A stretch of 64,000 nucleotides of DNA from Savitreella phatthalungensis (Eukaryota): positions 124,001 through 188,000 of the forward strand of contig AP039714.1 of the NCBI GenBank assembly GCA_051599415.1. The letters run 5' to 3'. Below, piece by piece: positions 11,084 through 21,458 of this stretch (position 1 is the first letter of the stretch; each line of letters starts with the position of its first letter). The translations under genes were made by a program, and so were the position numbers. The notes beneath the pieces were generated by a model that was not told the DNA's origin, did not search any database, and saw only the letters and a list, made by a program, of their open reading frames with translations.

Positions 11084-11643
11084 TTGGGGCTAGTCTAAGA
11101 GCACTGTGAACATCGAGACCTGTGTATATGAGCACGAGTGTACGTGTGCCTGTTGGTGTCTGCGTGCGTGTGTTTGGAATGAAGGTGACGTGTTTATAAG
11201 ACCAGAAGTGATATGAACCTATACCGTCTTCAGCCTGTGACGAGCACAGATGTAGTCAGATCTACTGTCCTAGCCCGGACTAAAGCTCTACAGGACACGT
11301 AGATGGCGTCAGAGCGTATAGATCGAGTTGTATCGAGTGTAAAGGTGAAAGCGAGCCAGCTTGTTGTTTGTGACAGGGCAGGTTGCTTGTGACTTCTGAA
11401 CGGCCTACAAACCAGGAGGACTCTGTGACATGGCTGTGACCCCCGAGAGAGTTGGGAACAAGGATATGGGAGTCTACAGGTTACGCTGACTGATGAAGAT
11501 GGGTGCTCGGAGTGTTATAGATGCCGGCTTACTCATGACCCTTTTGATTCCATGACCTTCTCCAGATCCCAAGAATAATCTCCCCAGACAACCCTACAGG
11601 GACAGCAACACGTACACCAACCAACCAAATACCCAGTCCTCTC

Positions 11644-11650
11644 TATATAA
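11644..11650 (+). promoter_or_regulatory. Putative TATA box of the MAPEG gene
   Basis: TATATAA about 60 nt upstream of ATG 11711, followed by a CT-rich leader. Confidence 0.5.
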
Positions 11651-11710
11651 GGCCTTGTCCTTCGCTATCCCTGCCCTGCTCCAGACTACTCTTTCTCTCT
11701 CTCTCTCGCG

Positions 11711-12190
11711 ATGGTACTGCTGACAACTGCACTTGGATTGACGAATCCTGCGTATGGATGGGTGCTGACGACTGCGGTTGGCGCTGTGCTTGTGAACCAG
11801 TGGCACAGCACATACGTGTTTTCATGGCGTAAGGCTTCTGGTGTCAAGTACCCTGCTACTTACGCGAGCGATGGTCAGATTGAGAGTCAGAAGGAGTTGC
11901 CGCTCGAGAAGCAGCTATACCTGCGATTCAACTGTGCTCAGCGTGCACACGCCAACTACATGGAGACCCTTCCTCAGTTCCTCGTCCTCCTGCTCATCGG
12001 TGGTCTTGGTTTCCCAGAGTACGCGTCCGTGGCCGGAGCGATCTGGCTCGCAGGTCGGGTGACCTATGCGGTCGGTTACGCAAAGGGCGAGCCAAAGAAG
12101 AGGTACAATGGCATGTTCTTCTTCATCGGCCTCATCTCACTCCTCGTCATGACGCCAATCTCCCTCTACCGCATTATCACTGGCAACTAA
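11711..12190 (+). CDS. MAPEG family protein (microsomal glutathione S-transferase 3-like)
   Basis: RKASGVKYP; FNCAQRAHANYMETLP; GRVTYAVGY..GEPKKR; four TM segments. Confidence 0.93.
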   Translation: MVLLTTALGLTNPAYGWVLTTAVGAVLVNQWHSTYVFSWRKASGVKYPATYASDGQIESQKELPLEKQLYLRFNCAQRAHANYMETLPQFLVLLLIGGLGFPEYASVAGAIWLAGRVTYAVGYAKGEPKKRYNGMFFFIGLISLLVMTPISLYRIITGN

Positions 12191-12234
12191 GAGCTCCAGT
12201 TATAGACTCTCTCCTAATTACCCAGCTCGGCCAG

Positions 12235-13797
12235 CTACAATCGAGCTTGTTCTCCTGGGACTTCCCCATTGTCATCGTCGTCATTCACATTCTCCTTCTC
12301 TTGCTCGTTTTCGTGTTTGTGTTCGTGCTCCTTCTCGTCCAGTGTCATGCCTGCAGCTTCTTGCACCAGCGTTTCCACATCCTTTTCCGCCTTTGCTCCC
12401 TGGTTCTGCGGTGCTGCTACACTAGACGGCCGACGGCCTCCCTGGTGCTTTGGCTTTTTGTCGGCGTCGTCTAGACGCTCGTAGAATGCTAGGAAGATGC
12501 CTGTGGTGTGTTGAAGTGCGTGGTCTAGGGTTACTTGGTTGACTGTTTCGTCTGAGACTGCGTACCACCTGGTTGATGGTTTTTGCGGGGTTGAGTGGTC
12601 TGCAGCTGGATGGATACCTCTGACTCTGCGGAGACACACGTAGTGACCGCGGTCGTGTGCTCCCCTGTGTGTCACGATCGCCCGAAGCTCGTACCGCTCA
12701 CTCTTCCCATCGACCTCCACCCGGAGGCGCTTACCGTACGTCACCCCGACACCACTCCGCGCAGCCCCGCCACCGCCACCACCGAACCACGACAGTCCCC
12801 CTCCACCACCGCCCCCGTACATACTCCGCTGGACGTGCAGACAGAGGAGTTTAGGGGAGTGCAAGAGCTTTGTGCGCCTGATGACGGTACCCCTGACATT
12901 ACCTCCTTTCAGCTTCTGTACGTGAGAGGGGAGGTCGTAGTCTGGGTTGTTGTGCCTGTGTGCTCTGTAGGGTGCTGTGTCATGGCCGTTGTTGTCGAGT
13001 GCGTCACAGACGCAGTCGAAACACGCGTAGTCGTCGATTTTCTCTGTGCTGTCGAGTGCTTCTGCAGCTGCCTGGTCTAGGGACATCCCGTCTCGCGGGT
13101 GTGTCGTGAGGGTGATGAAGGGTGTGGTGGATTGGCGCTGTGTGCGGAGGCAGCGCGCGCAGGTGAGGGTGATGGAGAGTTCGCCTTCGAGCGGGAGTGG
13201 TATGTATGCTTGCCCGCGGGCACTGCGGACCTGGGACAGCGAGCCTGTCGCTGGGAACACATCGTTCGCCTCGGCACACAGACCCTCACACAGCAGCTGC
13301 ACAAACTCCTGAGCATCCTGCTGCTCGACGTACCCCTGCAGCCGCCGTCCCGAAGAACTAGTCCCAGCGCGGTCACCCCTGGATAGCGTCGACGCTAGCG
13401 CACGCACTGCAGGCATGCTCGTGAGTGTCGTCGATCGCCGTCCTGGACGCTCTCTCGTCAGGTTCGATAGTAGCTGCCACAAGGTGGATGTTAGGAGGAG
13501 GGCGTCTGGGTCTGATGGTTCGGACGCCTGTTTCTCTGACTTGAGTACCTGGTCTGTGAGGAAGGCTCTGAGTGCTGGAGAGGATGAGAGTGCTTGGAGG
13601 ACTGCGTTGGCGAAACACCAGTTACCCCAGTTCTGGAGACCTGGGATGGTCGCCCTTGCTCCACCGGGAGACATCGAGTCTGAGCCGTGACCTGTGAGGG
13701 AAGGGAAGAGATAGCTTCCTGCTAGATAGGCGACCGCTGCAACACCAGCTGCTACCGCTAGCGGCTGTAGGGACGAGGTCGGATCGTCGTACGGCAT
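12235..13797 (-). CDS. Ubiquitin-specific protease (peptidase C19) with N-terminal membrane anchor, Ubp16/USP30-like
   Basis: Cys box GLQNWGNWCFANAVLQAL; QQDAQEF; CxxC pairs; His box HRGAHDRGHY; WYAVSD; hydrophobic LAVAAGVAAVAYLAGSYLF after the first ATG (13797). Confidence 0.88.
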   Translation of the reverse strand: MPYDDPTSSLQPLAVAAGVAAVAYLAGSYLFPSLTGHGSDSMSPGGARATIPGLQNWGNWCFANAVLQALSSSPALRAFLTDQVLKSEKQASEPSDPDALLLTSTLWQLLSNLTRERPGRRSTTLTSMPAVRALASTLSRGDRAGTSSSGRRLQGYVEQQDAQEFVQLLCEGLCAEANDVFPATGSLSQVRSARGQAYIPLPLEGELSITLTCARCLRTQRQSTTPFITLTTHPRDGMSLDQAAAEALDSTEKIDDYACFDCVCDALDNNGHDTAPYRAHRHNNPDYDLPSHVQKLKGGNVRGTVIRRTKLLHSPKLLCLHVQRSMYGGGGGGGLSWFGGGGGGAARSGVGVTYGKRLRVEVDGKSERYELRAIVTHRGAHDRGHYVCLRRVRGIHPAADHSTPQKPSTRWYAVSDETVNQVTLDHALQHTTGIFLAFYERLDDADKKPKHQGGRRPSSVAAPQNQGAKAEKDVETLVQEAAGMTLDEKEHEHKHENEQEKENVNDDDDNGEVPGEQARL

Positions 13798-13936
13798 AGA
13801 CGATCCGAAGAGCGTCGTCACGCCGCCCGAGGATATGTCTGACGTATTATTTATCCGTCTCACAAGCTCCTCGGAAGAATAAAAATAGGCAATCCGAGAA
13901 AGCACAGTACACTGAGTAGACTGTCTCGATGAATTG

Positions 13937-13962
13937 CACACACACACACACACACACACACA
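13937..13962. repeat. (CA)13 microsatellite
   Basis: Perfect CA run upstream of the UBP gene. Confidence 0.9.
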
Positions 13963-14157
13963 GCGCGGATTCTAGGACAGTGCAGAAGACAGTCAACGAT
14001 AGGTAGGAGGGCCGAGGAGGATGGAGTTCGATGGAGCTACAAGAAGTGTGTATGAGTGTGTGTTGGCTATCTTGACTTCACTTTGATAGGTTCAGAGAAT
14101 GCGAATCGTCCCTAGAAATGGTAAGAGGTGTATGGGTGATGTGGTGTGACGAAGGTA

Positions 14158-16617
14158 CTAGTATCCTTGACCCCAACCACCTGCTGCTCCTGCACCTGCA
14201 CCGGCGTTTGTGCCACGCTGATACTGGGAGTATCCTCCAGCGGCTGCTCCAAATGCATTGCCTGCATAGCCTTGCTGCTGCTGCTGTTGCTGCTGAGGTG
14301 CGCCAGACTGTTGCTGGGAGGATGCACCGTACACACCACCGTAGCCGTACCCACCATATGGGTGTTGTTGGTGAGGTTGCTGGTGCTGGTGCATGGCCGC
14401 TTGGGCTGCTGCTTGAGCTGCCTGGTGGTTGTTGGAGCTGGAGTTGACGTTTCCAGCTTGGGCTGAGGTACCGGATTGCTGGGTGGAGTTGTTTGATCGC
14501 GACTGGGATTGACCGGCGCCGGCGTTGCCACCCTGGGCGACAGGCTTGGCCTGCTGGGATGACGGAGTACCGGAAGACTTGCTGTAGTCGTTGGACGCGT
14601 GGTTGCCACTGCCGAAGAAGTCGTTGTGGCCGCCACCGTAGCCACCGTACTGCTGCCGGTAGTCCATCGCACCACCACGGTCGTAACGCTGCTGCTGCTG
14701 GTCGTACGCGCTGCCGTAACCGCCACGCTGACCTTGCGTCTGGCCCTGAGACCCGGTCTGGGAATGACCTGCGCTGCCGGCCTGCGGCTGCTGGCCTCCT
14801 TGCTGCTGTTGCCCGTACATGCTCTGCTGGCCGTACGGAGACTGCTGCGGGAACCCGTAGCCGTAACCATAGTACGCGTACGGGTTCGGGTTGTACTGCG
14901 GGTGCATGCCGTAAGGTGCTGGTGCACCCGGGTAGCCCTGTTGCGGGTGAGCTTGCTGCTGCTGGTGATGGTGACCAGTCTGCTGATGTTGCTGCTGCTG
15001 CTGCTGTTGGGCGGAGGTAGTGTGAGAGGAGACGGGAGAAGCGTCAGTGGCTGTTCCAGTTCCACCGTACCGGCTGCTGTCGTTGTTGGTGCGAGAAGCG
15101 GTGCTACCGTTGTCGTAGTAGTCGTGCGAGCCGTATGCGGATCTGGACGAGTCTGCCGCAGCCTGCTGCTGGCCGTAGTAGCTCGAGAAGCCTGGTTGCT
15201 GGCCGTAGTGGTCGTGAGCTGCCGGTCCAAAGCCAGGATAGGTCTGCTGCTGGGTGTACGCGCCGTATGCGGAGTAGCCGTCATAGATACCCTTGTGCTG
15301 GGAAGGTGGCTCATACGAAGACTGCTGAGGACGCAATGCCTGCTGCTGCTGGTATTGCTGCTGGGCCTGCTGAGGTTGTTGTTGCGGCTGCTGCTGCTGC
15401 TGTTGTTGCTGTGACGCTGCTGGCTTGCTGCTCTCGTCGTCGCCGAGACCAAGCGAACCGAATTGGACACCTAGCTGTGGTACGCCGTTCGCGGACTTCT
15501 TGTCCTGTGACGGCATGACGACGGCCTGATCCTGATTGAGGCGGCGGGCGAGGGGCGTGCCCGCTCGTGCACCTGGTGCGGCTGCTCCAACTCCTGCTGC
15601 TCCTCCGGCCACAGCGGTTCCTGCTGCACCAGACTTGAGGCCAGGAGGGATGGCAGAGGAAGTGGGTCCTGCGACGGTCGAGTTTGTCGCTGTTCCTGGT
15701 TCGCCTGCGATGCTGGCGACCGTACCTGTCGGTGGTCCTGGCACCAACGCCGCACTTTCCTCCGTTGCTGCCTCCAGGTTTTCCTCCGTCAGCGGAACGG
15801 GCTTGCTGTCGAGAGCAGCAGGGACAGCTGCGGCTGCACCGGTCGCTGACTTCTTGCCACGGCCGCCCTTCTTAGCGGCTGCTGAAGCTGGTGCTGAAGC
15901 TGTTGCTGCTGGTGTAACGGCAACGGGCGCAGTAGGTGCTGGCGGTTTCGCAATACTTGCCCAACTCATCTTTGAGTTCTTGTCGACGATTCGTGACTTT
16001 GCCTTGGCCGCTGTGGCTGCCTGATCTGCGGCAGAGGTCTGAGTGGTCGCTGCAACCAGTCCTGACGCTGACGGCTCGGCCGACGAGGCAGAAGTAGGGG
16101 CCGGGCCAGATGTGACAGGAGGCTGCTGTTCAGTCGCTGCTCCGTCAACGGGTGGCTGTGTGGCAGGAGTTAGATCGGAAGTTTCTGCTGTCGTTGCTGC
16201 TGCTGCTGCTGCTGCTCCGCCGGCTGCACCACCACGAGCGGATGATGCTCCACGACCTGCTCCTCGTGCACCGCGTCCTCGAGCTTCGCCTCTGCCACCG
16301 CGAGCTGATGCTGCACCGCCGCGTCCTCGTGTTGCACCGCCCGTAACGGTGGACGATGATCCTGCCGCTGCTGCGGCTGCTGATGACTGTGATCGTGTTG
16401 TGACGGAAGCATGCTCCTGCTGCTTTGCTGCCTTTCGTGCTGCAGACTTGTCCTTGCGCGTGGAGACTTCGTCGAACCTGGTTCCATGACCTTGTGAAAG
16501 TCGGAGGATAAGCGTGTTGACGTCCTCGTCACAGTCGACGTAGTTCAGGTAGAGCTCAGACTCGTCCCAGTCCGGGAACATCTCCTTCAGGACTGCAAGG
16601 TCTTCTGTCTGGCCCAT
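14158..16617 (-). CDS. DEF1: RNA polymerase II degradation factor Def1 (CUE domain plus Q/G/Y-rich prion-like C-terminus)
   Basis: N-terminal CUE-like LKEMFPDW...; RGG region; MSWASIAKP; LGVQFGSL; long Q/G/Y-rich tail. Confidence 0.85.
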   Translation of the reverse strand: MGQTEDLAVLKEMFPDWDESELYLNYVDCDEDVNTLILRLSQGHGTRFDEVSTRKDKSAARKAAKQQEHASVTTRSQSSAAAAAAGSSSTVTGGATRGRGGAASARGGRGEARGRGARGAGRGASSARGGAAGGAAAAAAATTAETSDLTPATQPPVDGAATEQQPPVTSGPAPTSASSAEPSASGLVAATTQTSAADQAATAAKAKSRIVDKNSKMSWASIAKPPAPTAPVAVTPAATASAPASAAAKKGGRGKKSATGAAAAVPAALDSKPVPLTEENLEAATEESAALVPGPPTGTVASIAGEPGTATNSTVAGPTSSAIPPGLKSGAAGTAVAGGAAGVGAAAPGARAGTPLARRLNQDQAVVMPSQDKKSANGVPQLGVQFGSLGLGDDESSKPAASQQQQQQQQPQQQPQQAQQQYQQQQALRPQQSSYEPPSQHKGIYDGYSAYGAYTQQQTYPGFGPAAHDHYGQQPGFSSYYGQQQAAADSSRSAYGSHDYYDNGSTASRTNNDSSRYGGTGTATDASPVSSHTTSAQQQQQQQHQQTGHHHQQQQAHPQQGYPGAPAPYGMHPQYNPNPYAYYGYGYGFPQQSPYGQQSMYGQQQQGGQQPQAGSAGHSQTGSQGQTQGQRGGYGSAYDQQQQRYDRGGAMDYRQQYGGYGGGHNDFFGSGNHASNDYSKSSGTPSSQQAKPVAQGGNAGAGQSQSRSNNSTQQSGTSAQAGNVNSSSNNHQAAQAAAQAAMHQHQQPHQQHPYGGYGYGGVYGASSQQQSGAPQQQQQQQQGYAGNAFGAAAGGYSQYQRGTNAGAGAGAAGGWGQGY

Positions 16618-16993
16618 GGCTGTGTTCTGTGTGTATGTGTGTTTGGGATATGTGTGGGATGCGTTGGGTGGTCCCGGTGTATGTATAAGGACCGAGGGAA
16701 TGGGTTACGGCTCACGAGATGGACGTTGACCGTGGAGAATGCTCACAGGGCTCGGTCTCGTGCTAGGCTCCGATGAGCGACGCGTGTCTAGACGTGTGTA
16801 ATCACGGCTAGATCGACCGATCTGAGAGACAGACCTGATTGTCCTGGCGTGTCGCGCTCGCTTGTCAAGGTCACTCTTTGGGAGCAGCCTTGTCTGCCTT
16901 TTGTCGAGAGTTTTGAACCTCTTTCTCTGTCACTTTTTTCTTCTTTTATCCTTCTTTCCTTGACCTGATCTTGTTCTTCACCTGCAGTGCTCG

Positions 16994-17016
16994 TGACGTG
17001 ACGTGACTATTGACGT
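16994..17016. promoter_or_regulatory. Cluster of three TGACGT (ATF/CREB-type) motifs upstream of DEF1
   Basis: TGACGT at 16994, 16999 and 17011, about 380 nt upstream of the DEF1 ATG. Confidence 0.45.
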
Positions 17017-17299
17017 GACGACCTGCGAGCGAATGAGGTTGAGGACTAGACTTGGAGGGGGAGGGAGGGTTAAAGATGGGTGTGTGGGGGGAGAATATAG
17101 AAGGTTTAGAGATGCGATGATGTCGTGATTGATGGAGTATCCTGATGACTAGCTCAGACAACTGAGGGAACGGTCGACCGAGGATGGTTGGAGACTGTGT
17201 GGGTAGAGAGACTCGGAGTGTGCGAGAGAGTAAAGGCGGCTGCAGAGGTGGGTGTGGTGGGGGGGGAAAGGTAGATTGGTGGATAGGTGTGACACACTA

Positions 17300-17400
17300 C
17301 ACAGAGAGAGAGAGAGAGACACGTACGATCGTACCCGGTATGACCCTCGCCTACGCCTACGCCTACGCATCGCTCGCACAAGCACAAGCACGAGTACAAT

Positions 17401-17436
<36 letters not shown>

Positions 17437-17780
17437 TATGGTCGCACAAGCAGCCTCGCACACACTCACTCACACTCAGACACTCAGACACTCACACACA
17501 CTCACACTCACACTCACACTCACTCGCACGAGAGTCTGCTGCTGGTTGGTGGTCTAGCAAGGCAGGACCCGTCAGGGAGAAGGAAAGGCCATAGAGTGGA
17601 GTAGTAGGTCAGTACAGTACAGTATACAGTACAGTATAGCAGAGCAGAGAGTAGAGTAGTACTAGTAGGATTAGAATAAAGCAGAATAGAGTAGACTAGA
17701 GTAGAGACTAGAACAGAGTAGATTACAGAGTAGAGTAGAATAGAGTAGATTACAGAGTTGCGTAGAGGAGAATAGAGTAA
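17300..17780. repeat. Compound simple-repeat island: (AG)n, (GCCTAC)3, (CACGAG)6, (CACACT)n, (AGTAC/AGAGT)n
   Basis: Directly visible tandem arrays, e.g. CACGAG x6 at 17401-17436. Confidence 0.9.
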
Positions 17781-18506
17781 AGGAGGACTCTATTGGTCAA
17801 TTGGTCAAACAGTTGATTTTGGCCAGTCTGCAGTCATCAGCTATAGCAGATCACCTCGATGATGAATAGCGTAGCGGGAGTGACCCAGAGTAGAGTAGAG
17901 TTAAACTTTAGTCCTTTTGAGGGTGTTCTGATCGATTACGTGGTGTGTTCAGAAACACACTCTTCCAACTTTTTCCTTCCCTTCATAGATAGATATCTCT
18001 TATACCTTGCAAAGTCACACAGACCAGATATTGTCCAAGTCGAGCACGGGTTTCACAGAGTATACTTCAGTAGATCCCTCTCACCTTCCAACCGGGATAG
18101 CAAACTATAGCTCGTTGGAATAGACTCGAGGGTGATGAGAGTATATACTGCTATTACTCTGTTCTGGATTCAAAAGCCAAATTCCCAAAGGTCCATCTCG
18201 AGTAGTGATCATCTATCTGCACAGACTACTATTAACAATTCTATAGAAACTTGTATATAGATCAGCACAAAGATCAAAGTTACAATTGCTGGATAAATTC
18301 CCACGGCAGGATCACGTGTGGAGACTGATGATATGGACACGTGAATGTGATCAACTCATATTCAGCTGCAGTGCATGGGGTGGTGCTCGACTGATGCACG
18401 ATCTATGCTGCAGCTAGCTCTACCCACGAACGTCATCTGCCATCTCCTCTACGTACGCTGACCTAGTGCAATGCTCTTTTTGAGCCCAGGGGGATAATCA
18501 CAGGGT

Positions 18507-20996
18507 CTAGTGACCTTCCAACCCGAGTCCACACCCTTCCAAGGTCCTCGCCAAGGTCTCGAGCATCTGTGGGATCTTGTCTAGTGCATTCTCTCTTTCC
18601 TCTGACCCTTCCCGGAATCCTTGAGCGATGGCAATTTGATTCTCCAATTTCGGCATCAGCCAGGGTCTCTTGCCCTTCTGTGGGCCTGAGACTGCCCTGT
18701 GCTGGGCTGGCGAGTAGATTGGGTGCTCGAACCAGGTCGTCCAGGCTGCTGACCTGAGTAGGTTTCCGTGGAAATTTGCTGCTGCGTAGTTCCATGCGTT
18801 TCTGGCCGTTGCTAGGGCTGGCGATTCGACGTTGTTGTCGTCTGCGAGTTTGTTTGGCCAGGTGGTGGATTTGAAGAGATCGAATGCTCTGGCTTTGTCT
18901 TCGAGTGCTCGGATGGCCCGAGCCGTTTCTGCATCGCTCGTGAACACGTCGCCGTGGTTCGTCCGCACCCGAGACAGGTGTTCCCCTAGCCGTGACGCGT
19001 ACGCTGGGATTTCCAACGGCACAAATTTCTCATCTACCAGCGCAAGACCTAGCTGCGCGACAGCACGCGCCAGCACAGCATGACCTCCAAACCCTGGGTC
19101 AAAGTGCGACATCAAGCAACTCGACGTCAATGCACACTCACGCCCAATCTCCACTCGCCCGTACCCGACCTCCGCAGTCGCCATCCCGACCTGCGTCATG
19201 AATGCGATCGCGTCTGTGAAGCTCGAAGGGATGTCGAGCCGGTCGTTCGGGAACAAATTTCTTGCGGTGGCTGAGTTTGAGACGTCCGGTGTGGCTTCTA
19301 GGGCTTTGAAGACTGCCGACTCGAGTGATGGGACGCCTGCGAGGTCGAGTGTCGTGTTGTGTGGGTTTGGGATGGCTGAGGTGATGTCGATGTACGCGAA
19401 GCCTTGTTGGCGGAGCGCCTGACGCTGTTCTTCAGCCCACTCCACGCTGCCCAGGTGGTTCTCCTGCGTCCCACTCCAGAAGGCAAAGATGAGCGCTCGC
19501 CGAGGTCGCCACGTGTGTTTCTCTGCAAGCCCTGCAAACACTCGCGCAATCTCGAGTAGCAAAGCGACGCCGGAAGGTGATGATAGGGACGTGCCAATCA
19601 CTACCACACCGTCCGCCTCACTTCCCTCGATCTCGCCCATCGCGTTCGTGACGATTGACTTCTCGTTGAATGCAAGCATGCTCTGTAGCTCTGCGACTGC
19701 AGGGCCGTGCGTGTGTTTCAGGGTCGATGGCAACTGGGCATCCCAGCCTTCTCCTGGATCGCCTTCTGTCAGGAGATCGATCATCATGGCTGCGTCGTGC
19801 GCAGAGACTGCTAGGAACGGAACTGTGCCTAGTGCCTTGTTGTCATTTAGGGAGACGGGACGAGTGTGCTTGTGTGCGGCCTCTCCTGGCGTTAGGACGT
19901 CGCCAGGCTGAATCCATGCGTACGCAGCGTCGTCCAGCTGGACTTCTCCCCTCGGCGGCAAAGGGCCATTCGGCATTACGTCGGTCTCGTCGTACGACGA
20001 CTGAGGGAAGTACACAGCCGCTCCAGACACCCCGTATGTCGTCACAAGCTCCAGCTGTTCACCAAGCCCCACAGAGTAGTCCCGTTTGAACAGAACGACC
20101 GAACCAGGAAGCACGTCCTTGACACGCTCGAGGTCGTCAACGGTGGCTGCATGTGCGTAGACGAGCGGTCCAGTGGCGTTGCCTGGTGGTGCGTGACCGA
20201 TGTATGTCTTCCAGACGTTGTGTGCGTAGTCTCTGAGTTCGATTTCTATTTTGTCCTGGTTGTCTGAGGTGCGTGGGTCGATGACGAGACGGAGACCGTG
20301 GTTGACGGGCCATGATCTGAATACGTAGAAGTCGTCGAGCGCGTTTCTGCCCACTCGGGCATCGACCAGTTTCGACTGAACGTAGTTGGCTACCTCGCGC
20401 TCGTAGTCCATCAGGTTGCCGTGCGTGTGCGCGTGCTGGATGATCGCACCGACCTCGTCCACAGTGCGGATGATGCCGTCGGCAGCGACCCTTGTGTTGA
20501 TGTAGCTCCGCAGCGCGTCCTCCTGGTAGTGTTTCGGCAGCTTCAGCCGAGGCATCGATCCTCCAAAGAAATAAACACCAACCACCACCACACAACCCAG
20601 CAAGATCCCAATAGCGTACCGCAACACGCCAGCTGGGATGTACCGGTGGACGACCCCATCGACATGCGCCGTCAACCGACGCCATTCTCGGGATATCCGC
20701 ACGTGGATGGGGTCCTTCTGTGCTGTGGGTTCTTCAACTTCGAGCTGTTCGATACTGCGCCGTGCTTCGTCCACGGACCTTGACGATCCATGGTTATCGT
20801 CCTGTCCAAGGCCATCGCCTCGTTCTAGAGCGTCTACGCTGTCATGTGAAGATTGCGAGACGGTGGAATCGGCTCGAGTGCGCTGTGGCCGCCGACTGCG
20901 GTCGTTTGGATTGCTAGTACTGCTGCTTCCTTCATATTCTGGTGGAGCCTCATCCACAGGTATGTACTGATACCGCCGCTTCTCGTCCGTCGGCAT
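18507..20996 (-). CDS. Transferrin-receptor-like / M28B peptidase-homologous type II membrane protein (Tre1/Tre2/Vps70-like), probably catalytically inactive
   Basis: N-terminal PPEY; single TM; PA domain (PGDVLTPG); WRPRRALIFAFWSG...GSVEWAE; C-terminal dimerisation-type domain (WFEHPIYSP). The Zn-ligand segment is degenerate (VVIGTSLSSPSG). Confidence 0.82.
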   Translation of the reverse strand: MPTDEKRRYQYIPVDEAPPEYEGSSSTSNPNDRSRRPQRTRADSTVSQSSHDSVDALERGDGLGQDDNHGSSRSVDEARRSIEQLEVEEPTAQKDPIHVRISREWRRLTAHVDGVVHRYIPAGVLRYAIGILLGCVVVVGVYFFGGSMPRLKLPKHYQEDALRSYINTRVAADGIIRTVDEVGAIIQHAHTHGNLMDYEREVANYVQSKLVDARVGRNALDDFYVFRSWPVNHGLRLVIDPRTSDNQDKIEIELRDYAHNVWKTYIGHAPPGNATGPLVYAHAATVDDLERVKDVLPGSVVLFKRDYSVGLGEQLELVTTYGVSGAAVYFPQSSYDETDVMPNGPLPPRGEVQLDDAAYAWIQPGDVLTPGEAAHKHTRPVSLNDNKALGTVPFLAVSAHDAAMMIDLLTEGDPGEGWDAQLPSTLKHTHGPAVAELQSMLAFNEKSIVTNAMGEIEGSEADGVVVIGTSLSSPSGVALLLEIARVFAGLAEKHTWRPRRALIFAFWSGTQENHLGSVEWAEEQRQALRQQGFAYIDITSAIPNPHNTTLDLAGVPSLESAVFKALEATPDVSNSATARNLFPNDRLDIPSSFTDAIAFMTQVGMATAEVGYGRVEIGRECALTSSCLMSHFDPGFGGHAVLARAVAQLGLALVDEKFVPLEIPAYASRLGEHLSRVRTNHGDVFTSDAETARAIRALEDKARAFDLFKSTTWPNKLADDNNVESPALATARNAWNYAAANFHGNLLRSAAWTTWFEHPIYSPAQHRAVSGPQKGKRPWLMPKLENQIAIAQGFREGSEERENALDKIPQMLETLARTLEGCGLGLEGH

Positions 20997-21458
20997 CGTC
21001 AGGCTTGTTCAGTCTGCCGTACAGATCTAGATATGCATGATTAAGGAGACTGTAAATCGATCGGTGTACAGCCAGATGTGAACAAAGAGCTAGAAGCGCT
21101 TGCGCTTCAATTTAGATGGTAGCGAGAGCTGTGGTTGATGGGATGAGGTCAGAGAATATGAAGACATGATTAGATGAGCGGGTCCATGATGAAGATGACA
21201 CGCCAAGCCACCAAGAGTGAATTGATCATCACTTTGCACGTGAATTTGGGTGTTTGAAGTAATTGCTCAGATTTACGTAAAACAGGTGAAATCAGTATAA
21301 TTAACCTTTGTAGATTGCATGGGGCGTGGCGTAACACAAGCGATCTCCAGGTCCTCCTCTTCCAGCTCGCACAGAGGATGTGATAGAGGAATACACGGAA
21401 CAGACTGGGAGAGAGAGAGGGAGAGAGACTGGGTATTGATGGCTCGAGGATGTTTCAT

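Noticed and set aside
14112..15470. 452-aa alternative-frame ORF and long antisense ORFs over DEF1
   Set aside because: By-product of CAG/GC-rich low-complexity coding sequence that lacks stops in other frames
17149..17594. ORFs with poly(LV), poly(AR) and poly(ST) runs
   Set aside because: Translations of hexamer microsatellites
17859..17931. ATGATGA...CTGA pair resembling a C/D box snoRNA (similar pairs near 7345, 45118 and 46415)
   Set aside because: I could not find an rRNA-complementary guide or a solid terminal stem; needs snoscan/Infernal
21273..21458. 61-aa ORF starting in frame immediately after the SDR stop (possible readthrough)
   Set aside because: TAG-ATG is not a known readthrough context; the extension contains a CT microsatellite and no targeting signal
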